A DNA stretch of 64,000 bases from an uncultured virus (IMG/VR IMGVR_UViG_3300034279_000149) (IMGVR_UViG_3300034279_000149), one strand, 5' to 3'; positions 1-8,923 are shown, counted from the first letter of the stretch. The notes: generated by a model from the sequence alone, not told the origin. Made by a program: numbers and translations.

Positions 1-527
1 AGGTGACGAGCATAGGCTTGCAGAGGTAACTTACCCTTCTCACCATCACCGAATACAGATGTTGGTGGCAATACTAGCTGATACACTTCGCCTTTATCAA
101 TCTCACCGTCAATTACAACTGCCAAACGCTGTTGGTAGCGGCATGCACGGCTATCGCCTTGACCTGAACCCTTGATGTTCTGTGGGCAAGTTAAGCAAGT
201 AGCTGACTGCTTTTCCTTAGACTTATCGTCAGGGCGTTGGCTGTCAGATGACCAGCACACAGGTGATACGGTCTCGCCTTCAACGTAAGAACCCGAATAG
301 AACACACGGGAAACTTTTGGTGCGGCTTTGATAATCACCACGTTCATTGAACGTTCTTCTGATACACGGTACTCTTTGCCACCGATAAACTCACGGAACA
401 CACTACCTTTAATGCTAAGGCGACGTGAGCCTAGGCTTTCACCACCAGCTAACGCATTGGTTGCGTCATCGGTTGAGGTTTGTAAATATGATGGTAAACC
501 ACCTTTAAATAGAGTCATTTCACTCAT
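1..527 (-). CDS. Replication protein, probably ssDNA-binding (partial, runs off the left edge)
   Basis: Not in the ORF track because it has no stop in the window. Manual translation from ATG 527: MSEMTLFKGGLPSYLQTSTDDATNALAGGESLGSRRLSIKGSVFREFIGG...CWSSDSQRPD...CLTCPQNIKGSGQGDSRACRYQQRLAVV. AAGGAG RBS upstream. The SSB role is inferred from position. Confidence 0.65.
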   Translation of the reverse strand, partial: MSEMTLFKGGLPSYLQTSTDDATNALAGGESLGSRRLSIKGSVFREFIGGKEYRVSEERSMNVVIIKAAPKVSRVFYSGSYVEGETVSPVCWSSDSQRPDDKSKEKQSATCLTCPQNIKGSGQGDSRACRYQQRLAVVIDGEIDKGEVYQLVLPPTSVFGDGEKGKLPLQAYARH

Positions 528-553
528 GCTAATTCTCCTTTGAAATTATTAAC

Positions 554-697
554 TTAACAACTGATAGGCTTAAATGGGCCTTGTGTCTGCACATCCCAAC
601 AGCACATACCACCCCTGCCGTCAGGTTGACACTTAACTTGCGCCATAACTCCTGTTGTTAATAAAGTAACGCAAATTGCTACGATTGCTTTTTTCAT
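554..697 (-). CDS. Small secreted Cys-rich peptide (47 aa)
   Basis: Manual translation MKKAIVAICVTLLTTGVMAQVKCQPDGRGGMCCWDVQTQGPFKPISC. AAGGAG RBS, Sec-type signal peptide, fills the intergenic gap. Confidence 0.7.
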   Translation of the reverse strand: MKKAIVAICVTLLTTGVMAQVKCQPDGRGGMCCWDVQTQGPFKPISC

Positions 698-707
698 AAC
701 ACTCTCC

Positions 708-980
708 TTAAATATCTTCGTCAGGGTTAAAGTTAAGAGCCATTTGGGTTGATCCTGCTGGTGCTTGCACCGTTAGGCTACCGTCAGCTTCTTCTCGTAC
801 TAATTGTCCACCATTGAGTTTGCGCAAGGCTTGCTCCACTTCGTTAATCTTGAAACGATATACACCGCCCAGTTTTAACGCAGGGATTAAGTCTTGACGA
901 ATCCAAGAACGGACTGTCGATACAGACACGGCAAAATGCTTAGCCACATCTTCTATCGGGACAAACGCTTCATCCACCAT
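708..980 (-). CDS. Excisionase-like HTH DNA-binding protein (HTH_17/MerR-type)
   Basis: IEDVAKHFAVSVSTVRSWIRQDLIPALKLGGVYRF pattern. Confidence 0.85.
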   Translation of the reverse strand: MVDEAFVPIEDVAKHFAVSVSTVRSWIRQDLIPALKLGGVYRFKINEVEQALRKLNGGQLVREEADGSLTVQAPAGSTQMALNFNPDEDI

Positions 981-1395
981 TTTTGCTCCTTTTTATTGTT
1001 ACTGAATACTCCATATTTGAGTTAAGCCCAGGTGGCAGTAGGTCTGGATTCTCCTCTAAAAATACCCTCATATTGGTCTGCTGAATCCGCTTCTCCAATA
1101 ATTCAGGTACACCATGTTCAAGAATGAACTTGCCCATAGATTCCCAATCCGATGTGCTGTACTTAGTCCTTACGGTGCGGTACACGGTTCCTGCATCGGT
1201 TCTCAAACTCTCGACACCCAACGACTTCATGTGATTGAGGATGGCTGTTTTCACAGTCCCCATATCGGTTTCTAGCTTACCTACTTGGTTTTCGAGTTCT
1301 GCTTCTAGTTCTGCCTTCTTATCACGCATCTTGATGTAGACACGGGTAAGTTTTTCTAAAGGCACTGCGGCCTGTGATTCTACTTCGTCACTCAT
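970..1395 (-). CDS. Phage hypothetical protein (coiled-coil N-terminus), replication module
   Basis: 141-aa ORF, AGGAG RBS, overlaps the next gene. Confidence 0.75.
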   Translation of the reverse strand: MSDEVESQAAVPLEKLTRVYIKMRDKKAELEAELENQVGKLETDMGTVKTAILNHMKSLGVESLRTDAGTVYRTVRTKYSTSDWESMGKFILEHGVPELLEKRIQQTNMRVFLEENPDLLPPGLNSNMEYSVTIKRSKNGG

Positions 1396-1453
1396 GACAC
1401 TCTCCTGTTAAAGACGATAACGGCTTGGTTTTATTCTCGCTATCGGTGTTACT

Positions 1454-1482
1454 ACTGTACTATCAAACGTTAACTTAATCAA
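1454..1482 (-). promoter_or_regulatory. Putative sigma70 promoter TTGATT-N17-TACAGT
   Basis: 17-bp spacer. Shares the TTTAC-TTGA context of the promoters at 17399-17427 and 18427-18455. Confidence 0.45.
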
Positions 1483-3013
1483 GTAAATTCTTGTAAAGTT
1501 CAACTAACTTTACGTGATCTTCAATACGGTTGTCAAGCATTTTATATAGGTGTTTCTCCGCATTTGAACCCTGTAATCGCACTACCGTAACGGGATGCCT
1601 CTGCCCCGCCCTATGCGCCCTTGCATTGGCTTGAGCGTATGTTTCTAGGCTTGGGGTCGGACCCCACCAAATAACCGTGTCAGCCGCCGTTAAAGTGACT
1701 CCATGTGCCGCCGCTTGCGGTTGGATAATCAGAATACGGGGGTTAGGTGTTTCTTGGAAGTTCTTAAATATCTCGGCTCGTTTGTGTGCTGGCACGTCGC
1801 CGTTGATGATCTCGGTTGTAAACCCGTCGTCTTGTAGCTTCTTGGACAGGATCTCGATGGTGTTCTTAAACGGTACAAATATCAGGGCTTTCTGCTTGGT
1901 TTCATCCAGCACTTCCCGCATCACCTTGTAGCGGTTCTTGATGTCAAACTCTAGGGTCTCGCCCGAATCTGAATACACTGCGCCACAAGATATTTGCAGG
2001 AGTTTACTCATCCCGACTGCAGCATTTACCGCCGTGATCTGCTCGCCTACTGCCGACACCACCAACTGCTTACGGAGTAACTCGTAATACTTCTTCTGTT
2101 GTGGGGTGAGTTCGACTTCACGGGTTACGTAAGTCAATTCGGGTAGGTCTAAACATTCTTCCTTGGTAAACCGTATGGCAGGTTGCAAGGCTTCGTGCAC
2201 AATCTTCTCTGCGTTGGGTCTGTTTACCCACCTGAACTGGGATACCTTGTACATCACCATATCTTTAAACGCTGAGTAGAACTTAGGTACGTTCTTGGGG
2301 CTAACTAGTTTAGCCAAGCCATAGGCATCCACAGGGGACTGGGCGGCAGGTGTACCTGTCAGCATCCACAGCCATGTATCGGGCTTTAAGATTCGGTTTA
2401 ACGTCTTCCAGCGGGTTGTCTGAGCGTTCTTGTATGCGTTCGCTTCGTCAATGACAATCAGGTCAAAGCCCCCGTTGGCTATGTCTTCCTGCACAATCTC
2501 CACACCGTCGTAGTTAATGATGACGAATTCGGCATCGGAGTTAATAATTCGTACCCGCTTCTCACGGCTACCGTAGGCTATGTCCACATGGCGGTGCATA
2601 GCGAACTTAAATAGGTCTGCTCTCCAAGCTGAATCCATAATGGATAAGGGGCAGATGACCAATACCCGCTTGATTCGCCCAATCTTCATTAGGTAGTCAG
2701 CCGCCCATATAACCGAACCTGTTTTGCCAGTACCCTGCTCGTTAAGGCAGAAGGCACGGGGGTTTAAGGTTAGGAAGGACGCAGTAGTTTTTTGGTGGTC
2801 AAATGGCTTATGTAATCCAGGCCAGTTGTAATGACCCATGATTGGTGATGGGATGTTTTTTATTTGCAGGTTGTTTAAAACCCGTGCTTCGTCTAGCCCC
2901 CAGTTCACGGCGACCTGATTCCCTTCAAGCTGTTTGCTCTTTGGGATTACAGTCGTAACTTTGTTAGGGTTACGTAGGTTTAACAACAGAATCTTATTAT
3001 TTATTATCTGCAA
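1475..3013 (-). CDS. SNF2-family (SF2) helicase
   Basis: Walker A EQGTGKT, DEAN box, LTGTP, HGVTLT and QANARAHRAGQ motif VI. TTG start with GGAGAG RBS. Confidence 0.92.
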   Translation of the reverse strand: MQIINNKILLLNLRNPNKVTTVIPKSKQLEGNQVAVNWGLDEARVLNNLQIKNIPSPIMGHYNWPGLHKPFDHQKTTASFLTLNPRAFCLNEQGTGKTGSVIWAADYLMKIGRIKRVLVICPLSIMDSAWRADLFKFAMHRHVDIAYGSREKRVRIINSDAEFVIINYDGVEIVQEDIANGGFDLIVIDEANAYKNAQTTRWKTLNRILKPDTWLWMLTGTPAAQSPVDAYGLAKLVSPKNVPKFYSAFKDMVMYKVSQFRWVNRPNAEKIVHEALQPAIRFTKEECLDLPELTYVTREVELTPQQKKYYELLRKQLVVSAVGEQITAVNAAVGMSKLLQISCGAVYSDSGETLEFDIKNRYKVMREVLDETKQKALIFVPFKNTIEILSKKLQDDGFTTEIINGDVPAHKRAEIFKNFQETPNPRILIIQPQAAAHGVTLTAADTVIWWGPTPSLETYAQANARAHRAGQRHPVTVVRLQGSNAEKHLYKMLDNRIEDHVKLVELYKNLLD

Positions 3014-3180
3014 CTATCTCTCCAGTGATGCGGGAATAGAGCATAAGTGGTGTCCACTATGCTCTACTAAGGTTGTCGGTTCCCCACAGGAAATGGAATG
3101 GTGCCGACTGGTACGGTTTAAACAGATGTCACTCTGTGATGCTTGCCACTCATACCTTACGCTTGCATCTTATCAAACGA
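3014..3180 (-). ncRNA. Candidate structured 5' leader of the helicase gene
   Basis: Non-coding gap with several complementary segments: 3037-3066 hairpin, 3075-79/3104-08, 3122-26/3133-37. Confidence 0.35.
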
Positions 3181-3213
3181 ATAACTTTTATAGTACAACA
3201 ATTTCAGAAAAGT

Positions 3214-3528
3214 TCAAGACTTTTTTCTTTCTTTTTTACTTACTTCTGAAACTAAATTACTTTTAGAATCTCGTTTGAACGAACGATTCTTTGATGGTGT
3301 TTCAATACGAACACCATGTTTATTACTACCACCTTTAGACAATGCTTTGACGTGCGCTACATCCTTACCTTCACGCTTATCTGCTACGCCGTTTTTGTTT
3401 GCATCTTTACCTGTCTTATCTATCTTGCGACGAGCACGTTGACGTTCCATGCGGTTAGGTAGTTCACCTCTAGCTTGTTGCTGATCGTACTCTTTATCGT
3501 ACGGTCTTGGTTTATTAACGTAGGGCAT
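3214..3528 (-). CDS. HNH endonuclease-like protein
   Basis: GKDVAHVKALSKGGSN...NRS HNH core. Probable start MPYVNK at 3528. Confidence 0.75.
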   Translation of the reverse strand: MPYVNKPRPYDKEYDQQQARGELPNRMERQRARRKIDKTGKDANKNGVADKREGKDVAHVKALSKGGSNKHGVRIETPSKNRSFKRDSKSNLVSEVSKKERKKS

Positions 3529-3530
3529 TA

Positions 3531-4199
3531 TTAGTTCCTTCCATTGTGTGGGCACTCCATAACTAGGCAGTGTTTTTTACACAATCCTGAAGGGCGAGGA
3601 TTCCATACATCGTTCTCGTAAGCCATCTTCATCTTGTTGTACTCTGCCAACCATTTAGTCCACATCTTATCCTGTTTTTCAGCCTTGTACGAGTCCTTTA
3701 TGAAGTTCTTGCTAATGACAAAAAACAGGGCTCCTTGCACCTCGGTTAGCTGTGGGAAGTGCTTAAACATGGCTAGTGCCATTAGTTCTAGCTGGTCGGT
3801 ATCGGCATACTTGGCAGACTTACCCGTCTTGTAATCTAGGCATCTACCCTTTGTACCATCCACAATGGCTAGGTCGGCTACCCCCCGCCACCATACGTTC
3901 GGATCTTTGAACCCGCATGGCTCTAAGTTCTCAGTCAAACCCATCTCAAGTTCACACATCTTGTCCCCCTTTAACTGCTTGAGGTTATCCAATGCGTTCT
4001 TGGCAAAAGCAAACTGCGGAGGTATTGGGGTGTTATCTCTTATGTATAGCTCGGCTGCCTCGTGGAACTGTTTACCGTATAAGATCGCATCCGTTGGTGG
4101 TTCTTTAACGTCTTTGAGAACCCGCAGGTGGTAGTACTTCTTTGGGCATTGGTCAAACAACTTAATGCTGGAGTACGACCATGAGATAGGTTTAGTCAT
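3531..4199 (-). CDS. PD-(D/E)XK (RecB/Cas4-like) exonuclease
   Basis: SYSSIKLFDQCP, G-x-x-x-H, GVAD...DYKTGK, Q-x-x-x-(M/Y), C-terminal Cys cluster. Confidence 0.88.
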   Translation of the reverse strand: MTKPISWSYSSIKLFDQCPKKYYHLRVLKDVKEPPTDAILYGKQFHEAAELYIRDNTPIPPQFAFAKNALDNLKQLKGDKMCELEMGLTENLEPCGFKDPNVWWRGVADLAIVDGTKGRCLDYKTGKSAKYADTDQLELMALAMFKHFPQLTEVQGALFFVISKNFIKDSYKAEKQDKMWTKWLAEYNKMKMAYENDVWNPRPSGLCKKHCLVMECPHNGRN

Positions 4200-4341
4200 G
4201 GAAGTCCACCTCAATTTCCCAATCATTATTTCGCGCTTCGCACCAAGGATCGTCTTTAGCTATGGGTGTGCTCCAATAAATCATGTTAGGAGGGATAACC
4301 CCGTAGTAAGTAAAAGCGTCTGTTGCATGGTCATCAGTCAT
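4192..4341 (-). CDS. Small hypothetical protein
   Basis: MTDDHATDAF... overlaps both neighbouring genes. Confidence 0.5.
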   Translation of the reverse strand: MTDDHATDAFTYYGVIPPNMIYWSTPIAKDDPWCEARNNDWEIEVDFHD

Positions 4342-4543
4342 TTTTTGTTCTCCTAGCAATTTCACGATCAATGTACCAACGGGCTTTGCACAAGTCCTCG
4401 ACAGCATCCTTCTTGAGGTCGCATCGCCATATGTATTTCAGCGCATTACCTAGGTTAAACCCCATGTGTTCTGTAATCTGTATGCACTCAACCCCGCTAG
4501 GGTGGTCGGTGTAATGCTTAGGGTGATTAACTGGGTCATTCAT
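4334..4543 (-). CDS. DUF3310 protein (T7 gp1.7 nucleotide kinase/SaV-like)
   Basis: DPVNHPKHY...ECI...FNLGNALKYIWR...EDLCKARWY signature. Confidence 0.85.
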   Translation of the reverse strand: MNDPVNHPKHYTDHPSGVECIQITEHMGFNLGNALKYIWRCDLKKDAVEDLCKARWYIDREIARRTKND

Positions 4544-4827
4544 TTCTCTTGTGCCTTTCTTAGTATTGCTCTAGCAAATTCAATCCAGCCTTCATTAGAA
4601 TCAATATGGTTTACAACTGCATTACCTACTGCAATTATTTCCTCATCCGTTAGTTCACGCATCTGACATAAATACATACACGCTTCATCGCATTTAGGAT
4701 GTGGCTTATCTTTTACTGGATGGGTATAGAGTGGAATCAAGTCTGTAAAACCCATTTCTACAAAGTAATCTGCACTTCTTGATACATCTCCACCTTGGCT
4801 CATCCACGCTACTGGTTCATTGTTCAT
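4540..4827 (-). CDS. EPVAW-family hypothetical protein, cassette copy 1
   Basis: MNNEPVAWMS...IPLYTHPV...LTDEEII...FARAILRKAQEK; ATGA overlaps. Confidence 0.75.
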   Translation of the reverse strand: MNNEPVAWMSQGGDVSRSADYFVEMGFTDLIPLYTHPVKDKPHPKCDEACMYLCQMRELTDEEIIAVGNAVVNHIDSNEGWIEFARAILRKAQEK

Positions 4828-5111
4828 TTCTCTTGTGCCTTTCTTAGTATTGCTCTAGCAAATCTAATCATGTCTGCTGTATCAGGCTCGGATTCGTCAA
4901 TGCAAGTAATGATTTCCTCATCTGTTAGTGTCTTAAACGCTGGCTTATAAATTGTTGTGCCACATTGAAGGCAGATTGATTCATAATTAGGAAATCTATC
5001 TTTTGCTTTGGATACTGGATGGGTGTAGAGTGGAATAAAGTCAGGGCAGTAATTCTTCTGAACATAAAACTCTTTTCCGTTTGACATCCACGCTACTGGT
5101 TCATTGTTCAT
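4824..5111 (-). CDS. EPVAW-family hypothetical protein, cassette copy 2
   Basis: Same four conserved blocks as 4540..4827 with different inserts. Confidence 0.75.
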   Translation of the reverse strand: MNNEPVAWMSNGKEFYVQKNYCPDFIPLYTHPVSKAKDRFPNYESICLQCGTTIYKPAFKTLTDEEIITCIDESEPDTADMIRFARAILRKAQEK

Positions 5112-5200
5112 TTCTCTTGTGCCTTTCTTAGTCGCAATCCAACAGCAATAACCAATATCGTCAAATACATCCCAGCTAACATTCCGTAAGCGAAGTCCAT
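5108..5200 (-). CDS. 30-aa membrane peptide ending in LRKAQEK
   Basis: Manual translation MDFAYGMLAGMYLTILVIAVGLRLRKAQEK. Coupled to both neighbours (TAATG and ATGA). Confidence 0.6.
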   Translation of the reverse strand: MDFAYGMLAGMYLTILVIAVGLRLRKAQEK

Positions 5201-5388
5201 TATTCTGTTTCCTCTATCTGTGTCCACGTCCTAACTGCACCAGTCATCAGACGCATCTCGGTCTGTGCATTTAAACAATGCTCGTATGCCACTTGAAACT
5301 TGTTTGATACCAAGGCATCGTGTGCCATCCTAATTTCCTTTAATGCGTGTAAATACATTGGGGAATAATCTACTTTAGCAATCGCCAT
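5200..5388 (-). CDS. Hypothetical protein
   Basis: MAIAKVDYSPMYLH...; overlaps the end of the polymerase gene. Confidence 0.6.
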   Translation of the reverse strand: MAIAKVDYSPMYLHALKEIRMAHDALVSNKFQVAYEHCLNAQTEMRLMTGAVRTWTQIEETE

Positions 5389-7207
5389 AACTCTTTCCAT
5401 ATCCTGATTCACAACTTACTGGTAATCCATCTGCCCACTCAGGTGTCCACTTCATGCACTCCTCAATGTAGGCTTGGGCTTCTTTTACTTCCTCGTCTTT
5501 TACTACACAGGCAATCGCATCGTGTACTGTCAGTACAACATCGTAACGCTTGGCTATACGAATCATCTGCTCGCCAATAATGCAACGAGCGATAGCTTGG
5601 CATACGTTCTCGATAACTTTACCGCCGTAGATTTTATTCCAACCATAACGGGTCTTGTACTGGTACTGCATACCCTTCTCATCTCGCACCGCAACAAGCT
5701 GGTCGTACCGCATCAGCAAGCCACTCGGCAGACGAATACCTTTCTCGTTAGGCTCAATACCAAGTACACCCGCCTTACCTAAAGATGTTGTATAGCCCTT
5801 GCTTATTGCTTCTAGGGCCAACTGCGCTTGTCGCCATAGCCCTACTATATGGGGGTACGTCTCTCGATAGATTTGTATAATATGTCGTGCCTCATCATCC
5901 GATACCGTAGTGCCAAACGTCTTAAGCTGTGCACCGAATTTCTGCGCACCCATGCCGTACCCTGCACCGAGAATCGTCGTCTTACCAACAAACCTTTCTT
6001 CCTTCGTGATTTCTTCAGCACCCTTGCTATATATAGCAGACGCCATGATTTTGTAGACATCTTCACCTTTCGCAAACGCTTCGACTAAATCGTTCTGTCC
6101 CGCCAGCCACGCTAGTACCCGTGCTTCAATCTGACTCGAATCGGCATCAATAACTGAGTACCCTTCGGGGGCAACAATTGCTTTCTTTAGCTTGCCACCA
6201 TTAGCCCCTCGGCTTGGCAGGTTTTGCAGGTTCAGGGAATCACTACCACCCCACCTTCCCGTGTGCGCCGCATAATATTTTAAAGGAACTGGCATCAGTC
6301 CTCGCTTGGCGATCCCGATAAATCGCTCTGTCCTAGTTTCTTCTAACGTAGACTTTGTACCGAGCCTCGCCGCAACTAGAGCCTGTACACGAATATCAGG
6401 ATGTTCTGCCAAAGCCTTGAACTCCTCGTCGTTCTTTGCCAAAGCAAATGTTTCTTTACCCGTAATCGGGCTAATCTTCATCGGCACAAGTACACCGTAC
6501 TCCTCTAACAACATAGCAAACTTCGGATTTGAAGCGAGTTCGCCTTTGTCCTCAATGCCAGCCAGCAGTAGTAGGTTCTCTTTCTTGTCCTTGATGTCCG
6601 CTAAGTGCATCTCTAGTAAATTTATATCTAGGTCAAGCAAGGGTCTTGTAAACATCCGAGTAGTCAGGTCAATCAACTTCATCTCGGTCTTCGGAAAGCC
6701 CTTCTTAATCATGGCACTGAACAACTTATAGGTTAGTTCCACGTCGTTCACGCAGTAGTCACCATATCTATCAAGGTCTTCGTCTGTGAAGTCCACTCGG
6801 TTCTTACCTGAAGCGGCAATCACTTCGTCACCTTTAGTGCCTAGGTTATACCGTTGGGCAAGCACCGCTAGGCTACCGCCCACCTCAACACCATGAATGG
6901 CACGACCCATAGACAAGGTATCTGCATAGACTTTAGGGAATATGCCAAAGCGTGCGGACAGAATGAATCCGTCAAACATCATGTTGTGTGCAATCGCCAT
7001 CGAGTTCGCCCAGTCAAAACCCTCAAGCCAACCTTTAAGCTGTTCGTGCGTACCACTCGCCCATTCTGTTTCGCCATCATTAACCTTTACTGCTACACCA
7101 ATCACCTCAAAGCGATCATCCCGCACATACTCCTCGGTAGTCAGCTTTGATAGACTGAATGTAGACTTCTCGTAAAAGGTTTCAAAGTCAATCGTTATTA
7201 GATTCAC
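5375..7207 (-). CDS. polA: Family A DNA polymerase with 3'-5' exonuclease domain
   Basis: Exo I DFET, TGRWGG/NLQNLP, motif A DSSQIEAR, motif B RFVGKTTILGAGYG, motif C VHD. Confidence 0.95.
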   Translation of the reverse strand: MNLITIDFETFYEKSTFSLSKLTTEEYVRDDRFEVIGVAVKVNDGETEWASGTHEQLKGWLEGFDWANSMAIAHNMMFDGFILSARFGIFPKVYADTLSMGRAIHGVEVGGSLAVLAQRYNLGTKGDEVIAASGKNRVDFTDEDLDRYGDYCVNDVELTYKLFSAMIKKGFPKTEMKLIDLTTRMFTRPLLDLDINLLEMHLADIKDKKENLLLLAGIEDKGELASNPKFAMLLEEYGVLVPMKISPITGKETFALAKNDEEFKALAEHPDIRVQALVAARLGTKSTLEETRTERFIGIAKRGLMPVPLKYYAAHTGRWGGSDSLNLQNLPSRGANGGKLKKAIVAPEGYSVIDADSSQIEARVLAWLAGQNDLVEAFAKGEDVYKIMASAIYSKGAEEITKEERFVGKTTILGAGYGMGAQKFGAQLKTFGTTVSDDEARHIIQIYRETYPHIVGLWRQAQLALEAISKGYTTSLGKAGVLGIEPNEKGIRLPSGLLMRYDQLVAVRDEKGMQYQYKTRYGWNKIYGGKVIENVCQAIARCIIGEQMIRIAKRYDVVLTVHDAIACVVKDEEVKEAQAYIEECMKWTPEWADGLPVSCESGYGKSYGDC

Positions 7208-7500
7208 CGCTTCTCCTCTAGTTCTTTTGTATACCCCGTGATAACTTGTACCATCATCTCAAGACGTTTGGCTTCTTCTAGTGGTATGCGCCCCATCAAC
7301 CTACCTAAATTAAAGAGGGCATCGTTGTAGTCTGTCTTTGTATACTTCGGCTCTTGTAGTGATACTAACCCCGCAAATGGGATCGGCTCTACATCAAGTG
7401 CTACTGGATCTACTGCATCTTCATAACCTATATGCGCAGGGGCTTCTTCTAATATCTTTTTGTATGCTTCTTCTCTGTCGTCTGATGTAAACGTTGTCAC
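7204..7500 (-). CDS. Hypothetical protein
   Basis: 98-aa ORF in the operon, coupled to polA. Confidence 0.6.
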   Translation of the reverse strand: MTTFTSDDREEAYKKILEEAPAHIGYEDAVDPVALDVEPIPFAGLVSLQEPKYTKTDYNDALFNLGRLMGRIPLEEAKRLEMMVQVITGYTKELEEKR

Positions 7501-7501
7501 G

Positions 7502-7819
7502 TCAAAATCCTTTCAAGGTTGGTAGTTCAGGTAGTGTTGGTAAGCTAGGTAAACTTGTCGATGCGGGCCCAGGAAGTGATGGGGTAATCAAAGGAAAAAC
7601 AAGTGATGGTGCGTATATCGGATCGACGTAGGCCCCAGATGCTTTTGGAGATACCTTGTACGCAATAGGTTTAGCGTTCTGATCCATGTAAACAGTCTGC
7701 CCACCTATGTTGGTTGAATACATAAAAGGCTTACCGTTCGCATCCAAGTACGTTACCATCTGTGCGCTACATATGCCAATAGCAAATACACCTAGTAGTG
7801 TTCCTAATAATTTACGCAT
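7502..7819 (-). CDS. Secreted/periplasmic protein with a Pro-rich tail
   Basis: Signal-peptide-like MRKLLGTLLGVFAIGICSA; repeated Y(L/M)DxNxKP; LPSLPTLPELP tail. Confidence 0.65.
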   Translation of the reverse strand: MRKLLGTLLGVFAIGICSAQMVTYLDANGKPFMYSTNIGGQTVYMDQNAKPIAYKVSPKASGAYVDPIYAPSLVFPLITPSLPGPASTSLPSLPTLPELPTLKGF

Positions 7820-8024
7820 CGCCCTCTCCTTTTTTCTTACCGTATCTTGGTATGTTTTTCCGTTCGAAACACGCTGTACATTTCCATCTAGTAATCTTCC
7901 CCGACGTAATCATCTTGCCGTACTCTGCTGGTCGCATCACCTGACAGCTTGTACAATACCGCTTACCAGTAATATTTATTTCTGCATTAAGCAGAACTTT
8001 CGACATATCAATCTTTTCTGACAT
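7812..8024 (-). CDS. Small zinc-finger protein
   Basis: CTSC...CTAC. Confidence 0.65.
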   Translation of the reverse strand: MSEKIDMSKVLLNAEINITGKRYCTSCQVMRPAEYGKMITSGKITRWKCTACFERKNIPRYGKKKGEGDA

Positions 8025-8181
8025 ACTTCCTCTTTTTAATTGTAGTGATACCGCCGTCATCTTCAGATTCTTTGTTACGGGCTTCCATCATCTCATCAGC
8101 AAATCTATAACACTCATCTGCACTTGCGCCTGTTACCGCTTTAAACATCGCAAAGCAATCTCTTAAGTCTTGATCGTTCAT
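8008..8181 (-). CDS. Hypothetical protein
   Basis: MNDQDLRDCFAM...CYRFADEMMEAR, a common phage small-protein pattern. Confidence 0.6.
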   Translation of the reverse strand: MNDQDLRDCFAMFKAVTGASADECYRFADEMMEARNKESEDDGGITTIKKRKYVRKD

Positions 8182-8182
8182 A

Positions 8183-8923
8183 TCATTCCCTTGGTAATTG
8201 ACCATTAAATATATACGAACCGCAATGGGATAACTGCGCCCAAGGTGCGGCATAGACTTTATGTCCAGCTTGTCTTGCTATCTTGCAGAAGTGGTAGTCC
8301 TCTGACAGCAAACGATTACCCGAATCGGCATCAATGCTTGTGGCAAAGAACTCATGGATTATCTTGGGCTTGCGCTCACCATCCACCGCTAGGTACATAT
8401 CGTTACTGTATGTAGGTACTTTACCAATCAAGTTCTCAAACACTTCACGCTTGATTACCATGAACCCAGTACCGCCGTTAGATATTTCAACGGGTGCGTT
8501 AATAGAACCTTCAACAGTTTCGGCATCGCCTACTGCATTAACCACAAAAGATCCTGTGTATTTATGTAGTTCATGTGGGGGTACACCAGCCTTGACTGCT
8601 CTCTCTACCTGCAACCAATCAATCTCTTTCTTAGGGTACATCCCACAGATAATGTCTTTGTCTGCATCAAGCATTGGTGGAATATCGGCAGGGTTAAAGC
8701 CAATGTCCGCATCAATAAACATTAAGTGTGTACAGTCTGTTTCAAGAAAGTCATACGCTAGGCTATTCCTTGCACGAGTAATCAATGATTCGTTCATCAT
8801 GTAAGCGAACTGCATCTGAATACCCGCCTTAGAAAATACTCCTACCGAGGTCAGTAGTCCTACTGTGTACTGCCCGTGGCATAGCCCACCATACATCGGT
8901 GTAGCTACAAATAATTTATTCAT
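8183..8923 (-). CDS. GT-A fold glycosyltransferase-like protein
   Basis: VATPMYGG, SLITRARN, FIDAD (DxD), GTGFM, SEDYHFC. Confidence 0.8.
   Translation of the reverse strand: MNKLFVATPMYGGLCHGQYTVGLLTSVGVFSKAGIQMQFAYMMNESLITRARNSLAYDFLETDCTHLMFIDADIGFNPADIPPMLDADKDIICGMYPKKEIDWLQVERAVKAGVPPHELHKYTGSFVVNAVGDAETVEGSINAPVEISNGGTGFMVIKREVFENLIGKVPTYSNDMYLAVDGERKPKIIHEFFATSIDADSGNRLLSEDYHFCKIARQAGHKVYAAPWAQLSHCGSYIFNGQLPRE

Larger units (their letters stand above)
4539..5132. repeat. Direct repeats at gene junctions, 284-bp period
   Basis: 4539-4579 is identical to 4823-4863 (41 bp); 4801-4848 is identical to 5085-5132 (48 bp). Confidence 0.9.

Noticed and set aside
708..980. Evidence of an integration/excision module
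   Set aside because: Excisionase-like HTH only; no integrase or att-like tRNA fragment seen
3531..4199. Cas4 as part of a CRISPR system
   Set aside because: Stand-alone PD-(D/E)XK nuclease in a standard phage replication context
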